From an uncultured Planctomycetota bacterium (GTDB taxonomy: Bacteria; Planctomycetota; Planctomycetia; Isosphaerales; Isosphaeraceae): a DNA stretch of 64,000 nt. The stretch is taken from NCBI GenBank assembly GCA_963845755.1, contig CAWJTV010000044.1:50936-114935 (forward strand). The letters run 5' to 3'. The notes beneath the pieces are model-generated. The model was not told the DNA's origin and ran no database searches. It worked only from the letters and a program-made list of their open reading frames with translations. Numbering within the stretch: the stretch's first letter is position 1; each line of letters begins with the position of its first letter. Made by a program: the position numbers and the translations under genes. Below, piece by piece: positions 1 to 10,694 of the stretch.

Positions 1-151
1 ACGCCTCTCGCCTCGACGACCGGCCGCGTACCACGACCGCTGCCAGCGCGGCGAGCGCGAGAGCCCCGACCACCGCGACCAAGACCAGTGCGCGGGACCG
101 CGCGAGCGAACGAGTGTCCGGACGATGGCTCGGCCTGTCCACAAGGGTCAT
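1..151 (-). CDS. 5' part of a membrane-anchored protein running off the window edge, downstream of the multicopper oxidase
   Basis: Manual translation from ATG 151: MTLVDRPSHRPDTRSLARSRALVLVAVVGALALAALAAVVVRGRSSRREA, a single hydrophobic N-terminal anchor; frame stays open to the edge. Confidence 0.5.
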   Translation of the reverse strand, partial: MTLVDRPSHRPDTRSLARSRALVLVAVVGALALAALAAVVVRGRSSRREA

Positions 152-260
152 CGACGGTCTCGCGAGAGTGCGGAACACCAGGAGCGAGAAGGGCGCGCAA
201 AACCCTTTCCCCTCATACTCGTCTCATTTCAGCCGGCGTGATCGCCACCTGTCAATCGCC

Positions 261-3200
261 TCATGGAGTGACCCGGAACAGGCCCCAGATGGCTTGCGTG
301 TCGCCGTTACCGCTGGTCTGGCCAATGAACGTCCCGTAGAAATAGTCGCCCGGGACCTTGAACGAGCCGCCCGCGCTGTCGAACAGCATGTCTATGGTCT
401 GTCCGGGGAGGATGAAGCGGCCGCCCATCCATTCCGACAGGGGGTTGAATCCCAGCTCCCTCGAGTCGTTCACATACGGCTCTTCCTGGAAGACGTGGCC
501 GTGGACCACGGGGACCTGGCTGCTCCCGCCGGCATCGCCGCCTGCCCCGACCGGGTAGATCCAGCGGAACCGCACGGGCGTCCCGGCCTTGACCGTGAAG
601 ACCGGCGTCTGCGGGTCGGCATAAGCCAGCGGTTGGTTCGGTAGCTGCGGGCTGACAAGTCCGTTGGACAGCCGAGAAGCGGTACTCGCCGGTGCGGCGG
701 GTGGATAGCCGCTGGTGGGGTAACGGTACTGGATCGGCTCGTTGCGATAATTGAGGGCCGGGTAGTTCGTACCCTTGTTTTTGTTATTGACATACGTGAA
801 GGCATCGGTCTGCATCACGAGGGCGAGTTCACGGAACTCCTTGCCGTCGGCCTTCGTAACGGTCGCCGTGGCGCGGGTCCTCATCAGGTGGTTTTCGATC
901 TTCGTGACCGTTCCTTTGGTATCATAGACATACTGATACTCGGGAACGAGATCCAGTTCGTGATGTCGCTTCGGCCATTTCGAGCCGAGCGGCTCGACGA
1001 CCAGCGCACCGATGAGACCCTTGCGGTGCTGGATCAGGGGATCGGCGGGAGCCAGGTTGACCGAGCCGAGTTCGACGGGTGTCTGTATCAGCGTGTCATC
1101 CTGGTCGAAGGAGAGAGAACCTGCGTACCAGTACATGGTCCGGACGCCGGCCGGGTCGGCGGTCGCCTTCGGGTTGTAACCCACGTTCATCCCGTCGCCA
1201 GAGGTGATGTCGTACTCGACCAGTTGGGGATGCAAGCCGACGGATTTCGACGTGTTCAATGTCAGGGGTGTCGTATTGCTGGATAGCGCCAGGCGGGCGA
1301 ATGGGTTCCCGGCAGCGAACTGACCGATGCCGGCAGCCGTTCCAAACGTCTGGTCACCCGGGTTGAACTGATTGATCAGGTTGATCTTGATCCAGTCACC
1401 GGCATTGGCCCGCAGGATTAGGGGTTCGACATGCATGTCTCCCCTGAGCTTGCCGTCGGGACCGAGGTCGTCGCCGTTCACGTAGATCAAGGCGTATGGG
1501 TTTTCGAGTTTCGTGGTTGACGCACTTGCAGACTGGAAGGGGAAATTGTGGCTCGCCTGTCCGCGTGAGTTGTAGTACAGCGTTCCGGCGGGCAGTACCT
1601 GCGCGACCGTCGATGCCACGATCGTGTATTCCTGCTTCTGGTCGGCGGGCGCAGCCGCGTAGAGTTTTTCGAAGTCGAGCGTATGGGGTGCCTTGCCCGC
1701 CTCATTGTTGGGAAGCGGCTTCAAGTAGGTGCGCGAGCGGGGATCCGAAGGCCCTCGCTTCGGCCGGTACCTGTGACCGAGATTGTACGCGGCCCCATCG
1801 TAGGCACGCAGGATTCCCCAGGCGCCGCTGGTCTGACCCTGGGCGTTCCCCGACGGCTCGTAGAGGTAATCGGCGAAATAGCGATGCTGAGTCTCCGTCT
1901 TGGCCGGGATGGTGAAATCCATCTCGAAGTGTTCCGAGAGCGAGATCGCCTGCGTGTTCTGGAAGCCGGAGTTGGTGTAGGACGGCTCGAAGTAATACTT
2001 CACACCGTGGATCGTGAAGCTATGCTCGTCCATGTGGGCACCCGCGAGCGCCCGCACCTGCACGCGGTCGTTGGCGTAGGCTCGCAGCATGGGCGTGTAA
2101 GGATCCCGTCCGGTCACGCCCCCCTCGTTCGGATCGGCCGAGAGCGGGACCAGCGGCGCCGAGAAGGATCGCGGGCTGCCAATGATACCTGTAAAGACGT
2201 AAAGGTCACTCGGGATCGGGGCGCCGAATTCTTTGATCACGTAGATCGTCAAGACCTTGCCCGGCACCTCGATGGTCCACTCGTGCAAGACCGGGTTGAA
2301 CGCGAGCTTGGCCGAATTCGGCAGCAGTACGCCCGCGTCCTCGAACGCTTTGACGATCTCCGGTGGGACGTTGCCACCCGGAGGGACCAGGTACTTCTTG
2401 AGCGCCGGATCCATCGCAAAAAAGGCCGGCTGAAGGTCGAGGTCGCCGTCACCCCGCTCGATCGATGCATAGGCGTAGGCCAGGTCGGTTGATTCGGGCT
2501 TCCCGGGGACAGGAATCGCCACGCGCAACGGCAACGGCTCGTTGCGATAGCCCACCGAGTAGGTTCCGATCGTCCCGAAGCTGATCAACTGCGGCGTCAG
2601 CGGTGTCGGCGTGTTCGGGCCGACGCCGGGCGCGTTGACCGTGTTGGGCGGGTCCGCCCAGCCCGGTGCCATGTCTGGGGTGTAAAGTCCGAAATTGACA
2701 TCGAGCGGGTAGCGCTCGGTGATGATCGGGTTTCCGGCAGCATCTTTCGCCCTGACATCATTGATCTGGAACAGAAATGGCGACGTACCCGCCACGAGCG
2801 TGGCACCCGTTTCGGAAAGGTCGATACCGAAGGCCAGGAATTGAGAGCGAACGGGATCGGTCGGGCTATTCGGGATCACGTCGCCTGGCTTCAGTGTCGT
2901 GGTAATCTCGTTCTTGGCCGATGCGTTCAACGTGAAGAGCGGCCCGGCGGTCACGATTGTCGAGACAAGGAATACGGGATCGATCGAATAAGCAACGACC
3001 GACGCCGGCCCTCCCGGGTCATTGATTCGGAACCCGATACCCGTGGGCGGGGTGACCAGGACGGCTTCGTTAGAGAGCGTGATGCTGTTCGTCTTGAAGT
3101 CGGCGCGGATGGGATCGCTCGCTGCGGGTGGTATCTTGTCTCCGACATTGAGGGCCTTGAGTTCGGCTTGAGCCGCCGAGTTGAGCGTGAACGACTTCGT

Positions 3201-6200
3201 GGCGGTGAACTGGAGTTGAGAAGGCGTTCGCAAGACCGACGTGCTGACACCAAGATAAGCAAGCTGCATGTCCTGGAATTCGATCGCGAACTCGCGGTAG
3301 CTCTGGGCGCGGTCGGCCGTGATAATGTTCGCCTGCCAGCTCGTCGGGCCACCGTCATGCCGCTGTCCGCCTTGCTCGTATACCACGGTCGGCTTGTTCA
3401 AGGCGTTGGGCGTGACGACGGGGATCTCCCACTTCGAGTCGTCGGGTTCGACCAGGAGCGCCGCATAGTAGCCCGCTTGCTGGTGCGTCGAGGGGCTAAA
3501 GTGATCGTGCGTGAACACCGAGCGAACCGTTCGGTCCAGCCCGTCGTTGTTCAGCGTCGGGTCGGTGTCGAAGCGCTGGATGGTCGTCTGGGCGCCGTCC
3601 CAATTCTGGAAGGCTGGGGGCTGGCCGAAGAGACTCCCCTTCGAGGGCGTCTTGGGATCGAGGGGGTAACTTTCGTTGACGGGGATGACCTTCAGTTGCC
3701 GCTGCGTCGTCCCCTTGTACTGGGTGGTCTCGTCGAATTTGTAGATCCCGCCCTTGGCGTTGACGGCCGCGATGCGCTCGCGGACCTCTTGCGGGCTGAA
3801 CGTGCCATCTTCGTAATTGAAGCCGTTACCGGCGCCGTCGGACGAGGTGACATCGAACTTCACGAGATGGATGTGCTGGCCCAGAACATCGGTCGGTGTG
3901 CGCACCTGGAAATCGTCCATCTCGTAGTAATTCGGCACCAGGTTGGTGTGCCAGTATTCGATCGTGTCGTCGGTATTCGATCGGAAGAAGAAGGGTTGCG
4001 GCGCCCTGACGCCCGTCACGGTCGGCGCCACGTCATCCCAGAGGGTGAGGAGCCGCTGCTGGGGGAAGTGCCACCCTTTCTTGTTGAGCACCACGTCGAG
4101 CTGGAGGACGGCCGCCTTGTATCGGCGGACGTTGACATTCGATTCGCCGTCGCCGCGGACACCGGGAGGGGCATAAGGCGCACCGGGGACGGCGGGCAGG
4201 CCGTTCAGGATGAAATTGCCCGGATCGCCGTTGGGTAAGTAGGACCTGCGGGAACGTGTGGAGTGGGTCCTCATGGCCGCCTTCTCGATAGCCGTCCCAT
4301 CCTGCGGCAGCTCGAAGGCGACCAGACCGCCGGCTTTCGCCTTGTAGTCGGGAGCGGGGCCGACATCCACGAAGTCTTTCGAGAAGTCCCGCGCCGTGAA
4401 GAGATTGCGAACGAGATCACCGTCGAGGACCTGGTGTCGCGGGAGTCCACCGTCCAGGTAGACCTTCTGGCCGGTCGTCGCGTCGTAGATGGGATTGCCG
4501 CGTGCATCCTCTTTCCAGGCGTAATCGAGTGGCGGATGCGGTGGGCGATGTCCGGCGACGGCGGGGATGAAGAACGGGTAGCCCGGATTCTCGAAGTCGG
4601 CGCCGGGCTTATCAACCTCGACCCGCCGGCCATCGTCGATCAGACGGACTCGTGCGGGTGTGGAGGCCATGGCGAGCGAGGGCATCGGCACGATCGCCGG
4701 TATGGGAGTGCCCGTCACAATCTCGCCATCTGGCTGGGCACGGTTCCAGGCGGGCTTGACGTCCGTGTCGCTCACCGATTGGCGTGTACCCCCATTGTCA
4801 AAATAGTAATACTGGATCATCCCGCTCTTGTCCTCGCGGTAGACCACATAATCCTTCCCGCCCTGGCTGGTAATCAGGGTCACGGGACGTCCGTCCTTGT
4901 CAAGCCTCGTGCCAGACTCGAATGCGTCGTGCACGCGCCAGAGTGACCACATCCCCTCGGCGAAGTGAGGGTAGAAATGGCAGTGGAAGATCGAATCGCC
5001 CACAGTATAGTTGAGGTTGCCGCTACCGCCGTGGGTGATCTCCATCGTGTAGCCGGAGCCGGCGACGACGGTCTGGCTATCCAGGTATTGGCCGTTGTCG
5101 CTATTCGGTGTGTGCAACCACTGGTGCGCATGCTGGTGGTGAACGTGGGTTATCCCCTCGCTGGCGTTGAGCACTCGGAACTTCACATGATCTCGCATGT
5201 AGCTGTGATAGACGTTGGATGGGTCGTCGGGGTAATAGGCCTTGGTAGCACCCTCGCCTGGTTTCTTGGGGGCCACGAGGGTTCCAGGCTTCGGGATCAC
5301 CGCCACTCCCGGTTTCGTCGGCGGGGTAGGAGGTTCACCGTCGGGGTTTGTAAGCGCCTGATTATTCGCATTGGCCGGTACATCGACGACCATGGCCGGA
5401 TCACCGCAAGACCATGAACTGAGGAAAAACTCCTCGAATTTCAGGTCGACCGCGTCCTTCCTTCCCATCGGCCCTACGCCCAATCGATTGGAAAGGATCT
5501 CGGCGCCGATCCCGGCGCAACCGTAGTTGATTCCGAAGAAGTCACCGCCGGCATTGGCGTAGGTATTCAACTGCGGGAATGCCTGGACGGTCGAGAAGTT
5601 ATAATGGTAGACGATCGTGAATTCGCGATACGGCTGCCTTCGGTCGGGCGACGAGGGATTCTCGTGGAATAGCGGGCCGTTGATCGAGTAAGGCCAACGG
5701 TCATGGTTGGGCCCGGTGATGATCGCCGTTAGATCACTATCGACCAGACTAAAATCCTTCTGATTGGGAGCGTGATCGGGGTCGGGCGGGTTCTTGAGCA
5801 TGCTGAGCACAGGGGTACCGTCCGGGATGAGCTGCCCGCTCGGGTATTTGGCACCGGGTGGGTAAAGTGCCAGGTAGTTGACCAGATGCTGCAATTGGTG
5901 AGGGACCGATTCCAGGTTGACGAGGTGCAATCGCCTCCAGGTGGACGGGTCGCCTGCCCGATGGATGAGGACCACGGAGGTGGTCTTGAACGTGCGCTTC
6001 TGGATCTGATCGGGAGGTGCCGGTACCACAGTCGTCAGGGTGTAGACCTCGTAGGAAACACCGCGGATCACCACAGTGACCGGGTCGGCTTTAGAGTCGA
6101 GCTTGACCTGCAACTGCATATTCGTTCGCTTGCTCGGAGGCGATTCCAGCAGGTAAACCCCCGGCTGCTCCGGCAGATAGATCACGTATTCATGGGATTG

Positions 6201-7232
6201 TTTGATCCTTTCGGCCACGCTGAGCGTCGCGACGGCGCGCCTTTTTTGCTGCAAGCCTCGTTCCTGACTGTCCTCCACGTAATAGGTCGCCTGGTCCAGG
6301 TCCTCGCGGGTCACCTGGCTCCGGTAATACTCGGCCCCTTCGGGCTGGACATTGACCACGCCGAAGAGCCCTGACTGGAGCTGACTTGTGTCGTTCGGTA
6401 GCGGCGCGTCATCCGAAAAGCTGTGGACCAGGTACGTCCCCTCGGCCTTGGCGTAATACCGGTAAACCTTCGTTGCTCCTGGGGCACAGACACTCCCGGG
6501 CTCACCACCCGGCTCCTTGGATGGGTTACTCGAGCCGTTTTTTTGCGTCTCGGTCGGTTTCGCTGGCGGGTTCGTGCCGACCCAGGACGAGTCGTTATCG
6601 ATACCGCCCTCCTTGAGAAGCTCGAGTCCCATCGGATGGAAACCCGCATAGCGAGTCAGGGACGCCGTGCTGACCGGGAGCTTCGGATTCAGCAAGTTGG
6701 TGAAAGTCACCTCCAACTCGTCGCCCTCGTTGACTCGCAAGACCAGGGGGCGCGGACGCTTGTCTTCCCGCAGCCGAACCTTGCCCGGCTCCAGCGTTGC
6801 GAACTCGAAAGCCGTTGGATGCTTCGGGTCGTAATCGGTCGGGACCACATCCCGCGCCAGGGCGTAGATCATCGCATTGGGCTGCGATGCACCGAGGCGA
6901 TTCCACATGTAAGGCTGATCCAGCGCGACGACGTGGGCCTTGACGGTCCGCCGGCGTGCGCGTGCTGCCTTCTGTCGTTGATAGGCTCGGGAGAAACGAT
7001 ACAAACTCGAGCCACCCTGGGAACCCTGGGTTGCACGAGCCGGCGGGGCCGGGGTCTCATCGGCGGTATCGGCGGTGTCCGACGGCGGAGCGTCTGAGGA
7101 GGCCGGGGCCGTGCCACCGGCCACCTGGGCGAGTACGGTCCTCTCGATCGTTGCGGAGGCTCCCCAGAATAAGAGGGCCAATCCCGCGAATTGGCCGACC
7201 ACTCGGACGACAAAACGACTTGAGATCGACAT
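261..7232 (-). CDS. Very large secreted multicopper oxidase (MnxG-like)
   Basis: ORF 261..7274; likely ATG at 7232 after GGAG; N-terminal signal-like segment; copper motifs THVHHQHAHQW, FHCHFYPHFAEGMW (type-1 Cu), GQHIHLVKFD, FTHDHFSPSTHQQAG, EHSFTIHG, VVHGH. Confidence 0.88.
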   Translation of the reverse strand: MSISSRFVVRVVGQFAGLALLFWGASATIERTVLAQVAGGTAPASSDAPPSDTADTADETPAPPARATQGSQGGSSLYRFSRAYQRQKAARARRRTVKAHVVALDQPYMWNRLGASQPNAMIYALARDVVPTDYDPKHPTAFEFATLEPGKVRLREDKRPRPLVLRVNEGDELEVTFTNLLNPKLPVSTASLTRYAGFHPMGLELLKEGGIDNDSSWVGTNPPAKPTETQKNGSSNPSKEPGGEPGSVCAPGATKVYRYYAKAEGTYLVHSFSDDAPLPNDTSQLQSGLFGVVNVQPEGAEYYRSQVTREDLDQATYYVEDSQERGLQQKRRAVATLSVAERIKQSHEYVIYLPEQPGVYLLESPPSKRTNMQLQVKLDSKADPVTVVIRGVSYEVYTLTTVVPAPPDQIQKRTFKTTSVVLIHRAGDPSTWRRLHLVNLESVPHQLQHLVNYLALYPPGAKYPSGQLIPDGTPVLSMLKNPPDPDHAPNQKDFSLVDSDLTAIITGPNHDRWPYSINGPLFHENPSSPDRRQPYREFTIVYHYNFSTVQAFPQLNTYANAGGDFFGINYGCAGIGAEILSNRLGVGPMGRKDAVDLKFEEFFLSSWSCGDPAMVVDVPANANNQALTNPDGEPPTPPTKPGVAVIPKPGTLVAPKKPGEGATKAYYPDDPSNVYHSYMRDHVKFRVLNASEGITHVHHQHAHQWLHTPNSDNGQYLDSQTVVAGSGYTMEITHGGSGNLNYTVGDSIFHCHFYPHFAEGMWSLWRVHDAFESGTRLDKDGRPVTLITSQGGKDYVVYREDKSGMIQYYYFDNGGTRQSVSDTDVKPAWNRAQPDGEIVTGTPIPAIVPMPSLAMASTPARVRLIDDGRRVEVDKPGADFENPGYPFFIPAVAGHRPPHPPLDYAWKEDARGNPIYDATTGQKVYLDGGLPRHQVLDGDLVRNLFTARDFSKDFVDVGPAPDYKAKAGGLVAFELPQDGTAIEKAAMRTHSTRSRRSYLPNGDPGNFILNGLPAVPGAPYAPPGVRGDGESNVNVRRYKAAVLQLDVVLNKKGWHFPQQRLLTLWDDVAPTVTGVRAPQPFFFRSNTDDTIEYWHTNLVPNYYEMDDFQVRTPTDVLGQHIHLVKFDVTSSDGAGNGFNYEDGTFSPQEVRERIAAVNAKGGIYKFDETTQYKGTTQRQLKVIPVNESYPLDPKTPSKGSLFGQPPAFQNWDGAQTTIQRFDTDPTLNNDGLDRTVRSVFTHDHFSPSTHQQAGYYAALLVEPDDSKWEIPVVTPNALNKPTVVYEQGGQRHDGGPTSWQANIITADRAQSYREFAIEFQDMQLAYLGVSTSVLRTPSQLQFTATKSFTLNSAAQAELKALNVGDKIPPAASDPIRADFKTNSITLSNEAVLVTPPTGIGFRINDPGGPASVVAYSIDPVFLVSTIVTAGPLFTLNASAKNEITTTLKPGDVIPNSPTDPVRSQFLAFGIDLSETGATLVAGTSPFLFQINDVRAKDAAGNPIITERYPLDVNFGLYTPDMAPGWADPPNTVNAPGVGPNTPTPLTPQLISFGTIGTYSVGYRNEPLPLRVAIPVPGKPESTDLAYAYASIERGDGDLDLQPAFFAMDPALKKYLVPPGGNVPPEIVKAFEDAGVLLPNSAKLAFNPVLHEWTIEVPGKVLTIYVIKEFGAPIPSDLYVFTGIIGSPRSFSAPLVPLSADPNEGGVTGRDPYTPMLRAYANDRVQVRALAGAHMDEHSFTIHGVKYYFEPSYTNSGFQNTQAISLSEHFEMDFTIPAKTETQHRYFADYLYEPSGNAQGQTSGAWGILRAYDGAAYNLGHRYRPKRGPSDPRSRTYLKPLPNNEAGKAPHTLDFEKLYAAAPADQKQEYTIVASTVAQVLPAGTLYYNSRGQASHNFPFQSASASTTKLENPYALIYVNGDDLGPDGKLRGDMHVEPLILRANAGDWIKINLINQFNPGDQTFGTAAGIGQFAAGNPFARLALSSNTTPLTLNTSKSVGLHPQLVEYDITSGDGMNVGYNPKATADPAGVRTMYWYAGSLSFDQDDTLIQTPVELGSVNLAPADPLIQHRKGLIGALVVEPLGSKWPKRHHELDLVPEYQYVYDTKGTVTKIENHLMRTRATATVTKADGKEFRELALVMQTDAFTYVNNKNKGTNYPALNYRNEPIQYRYPTSGYPPAAPASTASRLSNGLVSPQLPNQPLAYADPQTPVFTVKAGTPVRFRWIYPVGAGGDAGGSSQVPVVHGHVFQEEPYVNDSRELGFNPLSEWMGGRFILPGQTIDMLFDSAGGSFKVPGDYFYGTFIGQTSGNGDTQAIWGLFRVTP

Positions 7233-7953
7233 CGGTCTTGCTCCATTGACCAGCCGATGAATCGAAAACGACACGCAGCCCAGAGTGTTACCGTCAACGC
7301 CGATTCATCTGCGCAGACTCATCTACTTCGACGGGAGCGCCACGACTCCCGAACACCATTTTCACGCCTCAAGGAGACGCGACGCCTCTCCCCTCGAAGT
7401 CGTCGCCCACCCTGTGATCAGTTCGATGAAACCGAAGTACGCGGTTCGCGCAACCCCACTTGATTCCGAGTGGCGCGTCTGATCGATTTGTTTGATGGTC
7501 CACACATGAACCGATTGACCTCGAGATGAGGGTTCGAAACGTGGATTCCATCGACACCTTAGATAGTCGTACCGGGTCCCGTCTACGTTGTCTAGAAAAA
7601 AATCAGATTTGGCCAAGAAAAAGATTTCGGCAGACTGGCGACTGGATTATAGTCGTTTATCAAATCCTCGCTGCCTGCGCCCGAAACATTGTGTGAAGGT
7701 TTCGGGTGCCGGCAGGCTGCGGCCGTTGGTTGCAGTTCTCAACAGCCCGTCATGACGGCTCGGGGGATAGGTCACCACGAAGACCGGTCGCCTCTCACAT
7801 CGTCGTGGGGAGCGGCCTCCATCTCCCGGCTTCGCACGGCACCATGGATCTCCCGACGCGACCCGATGAAGTGCCCGGATCGAGTCATCAGGCTTGAGCC
7901 GATCGAGGGGAACCGGCCAGGGGACTTTCGTTCGTAGGAAGGAATCGACTGCG

Positions 7954-8739
7954 ATGAGGAAGGGGCTTTCGGCAGACCAAGTCGGGTCATATGAGCGTCT
8001 GGGGGCGCTCTGCCCGATCCCCGTCCTCAACGGCGCCGAAGTCGCCTGCTATCGGGCAGCCCTCGAGGAAATCGAGCTCCAAAGCGGAGGCCAACTAAAG
8101 AGACTTGATAACGCGCACCTGTTCTTCCGTTGGGCTTACCGGCTGGCCACCCACGACGCCGTAGTGGACGCCGTCGAGTCGATCCTCGGCGACGATTTCC
8201 TGATCGACGGTACATTGATTCTCTGCAAGTACCCACAAGATCCGAGTTATGTGTCCTGGCACCAGGACAGCGTCTATTCCAACTGGCATCTGTCTCCGAG
8301 CACCTCGGCGTGGATCGCGCTGAGCTCGAGCACCGCCCGCAATGGCTGCATGCGCGTGATAATGGGATCTCACGCACGCGGCCAGGTCGACCACGAAGAG
8401 ATCCAGGATCGCAATAACCTCTTGCGGCGCGGAGAGCGGATCGGAGTGGCGGTCGACGAAAGTGAGGCGGTCGAACTCGAACTGCGTCCGGGCGAGATGT
8501 CATTGCACCATTGCAATATCATCCATGGCTCGAATGCGAACCACACCGATGACAAACGAATCGGGTTCATCGTAAGGTTCGTCACGAGCCGGATCCACCG
8601 CGATGGCAAGCCGCTCGTACGGGTCCGCGGCTCGTCGGATTGCCGGCATCTCGAACTGGTCGGAGAGCCGGCCGACATCGACCCGGCCCAGGCGTTCGCG
8701 AACTGGTGTGCATTTACGCGGCGGAGGCAGCCGTCCTGA
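7954..8739 (+). CDS. Phytanoyl-CoA dioxygenase (PhyH) family Fe(II)/2OG dioxygenase
   Basis: WHQD iron-binding motif, AWIAL...NGCM..IMGSH, distal IHGS..N.TDDKR. Confidence 0.9.
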   Translation: MRKGLSADQVGSYERLGALCPIPVLNGAEVACYRAALEEIELQSGGQLKRLDNAHLFFRWAYRLATHDAVVDAVESILGDDFLIDGTLILCKYPQDPSYVSWHQDSVYSNWHLSPSTSAWIALSSSTARNGCMRVIMGSHARGQVDHEEIQDRNNLLRRGERIGVAVDESEAVELELRPGEMSLHHCNIIHGSNANHTDDKRIGFIVRFVTSRIHRDGKPLVRVRGSSDCRHLELVGEPADIDPAQAFANWCAFTRRRQPS

Positions 8740-8794
8740 TCGCGTAACAGTCGAGGCATCGGAAACTTGACTCGAAGGGCAACGGGGTGGCGCG

Positions 8795-9634
8795 ATGACC
8801 GACAAGGAACGATTCCTCTTCGATCTGAACGGCTATTTGACCCTGGATTGCGTCCTGACCGATGAGGAGGTCGCGGCGGCCAACCAGGCGATCGATCGCC
8901 ATGCCCACCTGCTCGAGAACCGACGGCCCGGCCTGGCTCATACCTCGCAGGTCCTCAAGGGGTCGAGCGGAAAGGCCGGGTTCACGCGGAACCCGCTCGG
9001 CTTCGCGAGGCCATGGTGCGAGCCATTCCGTCGCATGCTCACGCACGCCCGGGTCGCCGAAGTATTTAATGAGATTCTGGGCCCCGGGTTCCGCCTCGAT
9101 CATGGCCCGATGTTGATCCAGATGGTGAGGGAGACTGAAGGCCACTGGCTGCACGGAGGGCTGACTTTCGACCCGTCCCGTTATCACCGCTTCGAACATG
9201 GAAGGATCCGGTGCGGGCTGTGCGTGGCCGCCTTTCAATTAACGGACGTCCGGCCGGGAGATGGCGGTTTTGTGTGCGTGCCGGGATCGCACAAGTCGAA
9301 TTATCGGCCGCCGGAGGAGATGCTGTCGATGGCAGATGATCTGGGCTTCGTCCGGCAGGTCTCTGCGCCGGCGGGCTCGGTGGTCATCTTCAACGAAGCC
9401 CTTGTCCACGGGACGTTCCCCTGGCAGCCGGAGGAGCGCATCCGCCGGTCCGTTCTGTTCAAGTATTCGCCGGGTTTCCTGGCCTGGGATAAGACGCCGC
9501 CATGCCCGATCGACGACCCCACGCCGGACGAACTGGGGCTGTTCGAGCCGACGTACCGGACGGGGAGACCCATACTGGGCGGCGCGGAAGAGGAATATGA
9601 TGTCATCTATGCTCACAAACGGCCAATAAGCTGA
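8795..9634 (+). CDS. PhyH-family dioxygenase, second diverged copy
   Basis: FLFDLNGYL N-terminus, LTDV.PGDGGFVCVPGSHK, FNEALVHGT..W...RR; first metal motif reads LHGG rather than HxD. Confidence 0.85.
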   Translation: MTDKERFLFDLNGYLTLDCVLTDEEVAAANQAIDRHAHLLENRRPGLAHTSQVLKGSSGKAGFTRNPLGFARPWCEPFRRMLTHARVAEVFNEILGPGFRLDHGPMLIQMVRETEGHWLHGGLTFDPSRYHRFEHGRIRCGLCVAAFQLTDVRPGDGGFVCVPGSHKSNYRPPEEMLSMADDLGFVRQVSAPAGSVVIFNEALVHGTFPWQPEERIRRSVLFKYSPGFLAWDKTPPCPIDDPTPDELGLFEPTYRTGRPILGGAEEEYDVIYAHKRPIS

Positions 9635-9750
9635 GCGGCCGACGGTAGGCCGGCATGATCGATCCGACACGGCGCGATCGCGAGACGGCGAGCGGAGTCC
9701 GTATCGAGACGGTTGGTCGGCATCCGGCAATCCTCGTGCAGAGAACTTCC

Positions 9751-10677
9751 ATGAACGGTAACCTCGCCTTCATCGCCTGCGTGGAGCGCGGGAGGCTCGA
9801 AGACCAGACGATCCTCCTCTGCCGGTCGATCCGCAGGTTCGGCGGTGTGTATCGCGACGCCCCGATCTACCTATTTCAGCCGCGCCCCGGGATGGACGTT
9901 AGCGAGCGGACGTTGGCGGTGCTGTGCGAGCTCGGGGCCGTCCACATCTCCGAACCGCTCAACCTCGACTTCTCCGACGAGGGGACGCTGAACAAGATCT
10001 TCGTCTGTGCCTATGCGGAGCGGGTCCTTGACGAGTCGACGCTCGTCTTCCTCGACAGCGACACCGTCGTCATCGGAGAGCCCGCAGACCTGGCCCTTCC
10101 GCCGGGAATCGACATCGCCATTCGTCCCGCACACTCGACCAGGCTAAATAGCCGTGGCCCCACCGACCCGATCGATGCCTACTGGCAGCGGGTGTTCCAG
10201 GATCGCGCGCTCCGCGATGTGCCATTTGTCGAAACGGAGCTGGGGCGGCGCGTAAGGGCCTACTTCAGTGCGGGCCTGATCGCGGTCCGCCGCGAGGCAG
10301 GTGTCTTCCGCGAGTGGGAGGACGATTTCCGGAGCCTGGTGAGCGGCGGGATTATTCCCGACGGCGCTCTCCCTCGGATGGATGAGATCGCGCTGGTTGC
10401 CACAGTCGTGCGCCGTTACGCGCGAGCACGGCTCCTGGACAAACGGTACAACTACCTGATCTACCGGCGGCCGATCATGATCCCGCCCATACGCCTCCTC
10501 TCCTTGAACCAGATCATACACATCCACTACCGACACGCGTTCTACAAGCCGGGTTTCTTGCGGTGCGTCCAGCCCCCCTTCGATGTGACCTGCCCGATCC
10601 TCCGGTGGCTGGATCAGTTCCTGCCGATGGAGCCGACGTTCGAGGGGGCCGTAGACGTGACCGAAGTCCTCGGATAA
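9751..10677 (+). CDS. GT-A fold (GT8-like) glycosyltransferase-like protein
   Basis: SIRRFGG..., NK, VFLDSDT (DxD), YFSAGL, DEIAL, YNY and HIHY motifs typical of GT8-like proteins. Confidence 0.65.
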   Translation: MNGNLAFIACVERGRLEDQTILLCRSIRRFGGVYRDAPIYLFQPRPGMDVSERTLAVLCELGAVHISEPLNLDFSDEGTLNKIFVCAYAERVLDESTLVFLDSDTVVIGEPADLALPPGIDIAIRPAHSTRLNSRGPTDPIDAYWQRVFQDRALRDVPFVETELGRRVRAYFSAGLIAVRREAGVFREWEDDFRSLVSGGIIPDGALPRMDEIALVATVVRRYARARLLDKRYNYLIYRRPIMIPPIRLLSLNQIIHIHYRHAFYKPGFLRCVQPPFDVTCPILRWLDQFLPMEPTFEGAVDVTEVLG

Positions 10678-10694
10678 TTCGGAGCCATCGATCG

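Noticed and set aside
888..7097. Long plus-strand ORFs opposite the multicopper oxidase (and similar ones at 23482..24735, 43127..44539, 49087..50250, 55565..56716)
   Set aside because: Antisense shadows typical of high-GC coding DNA; no motifs
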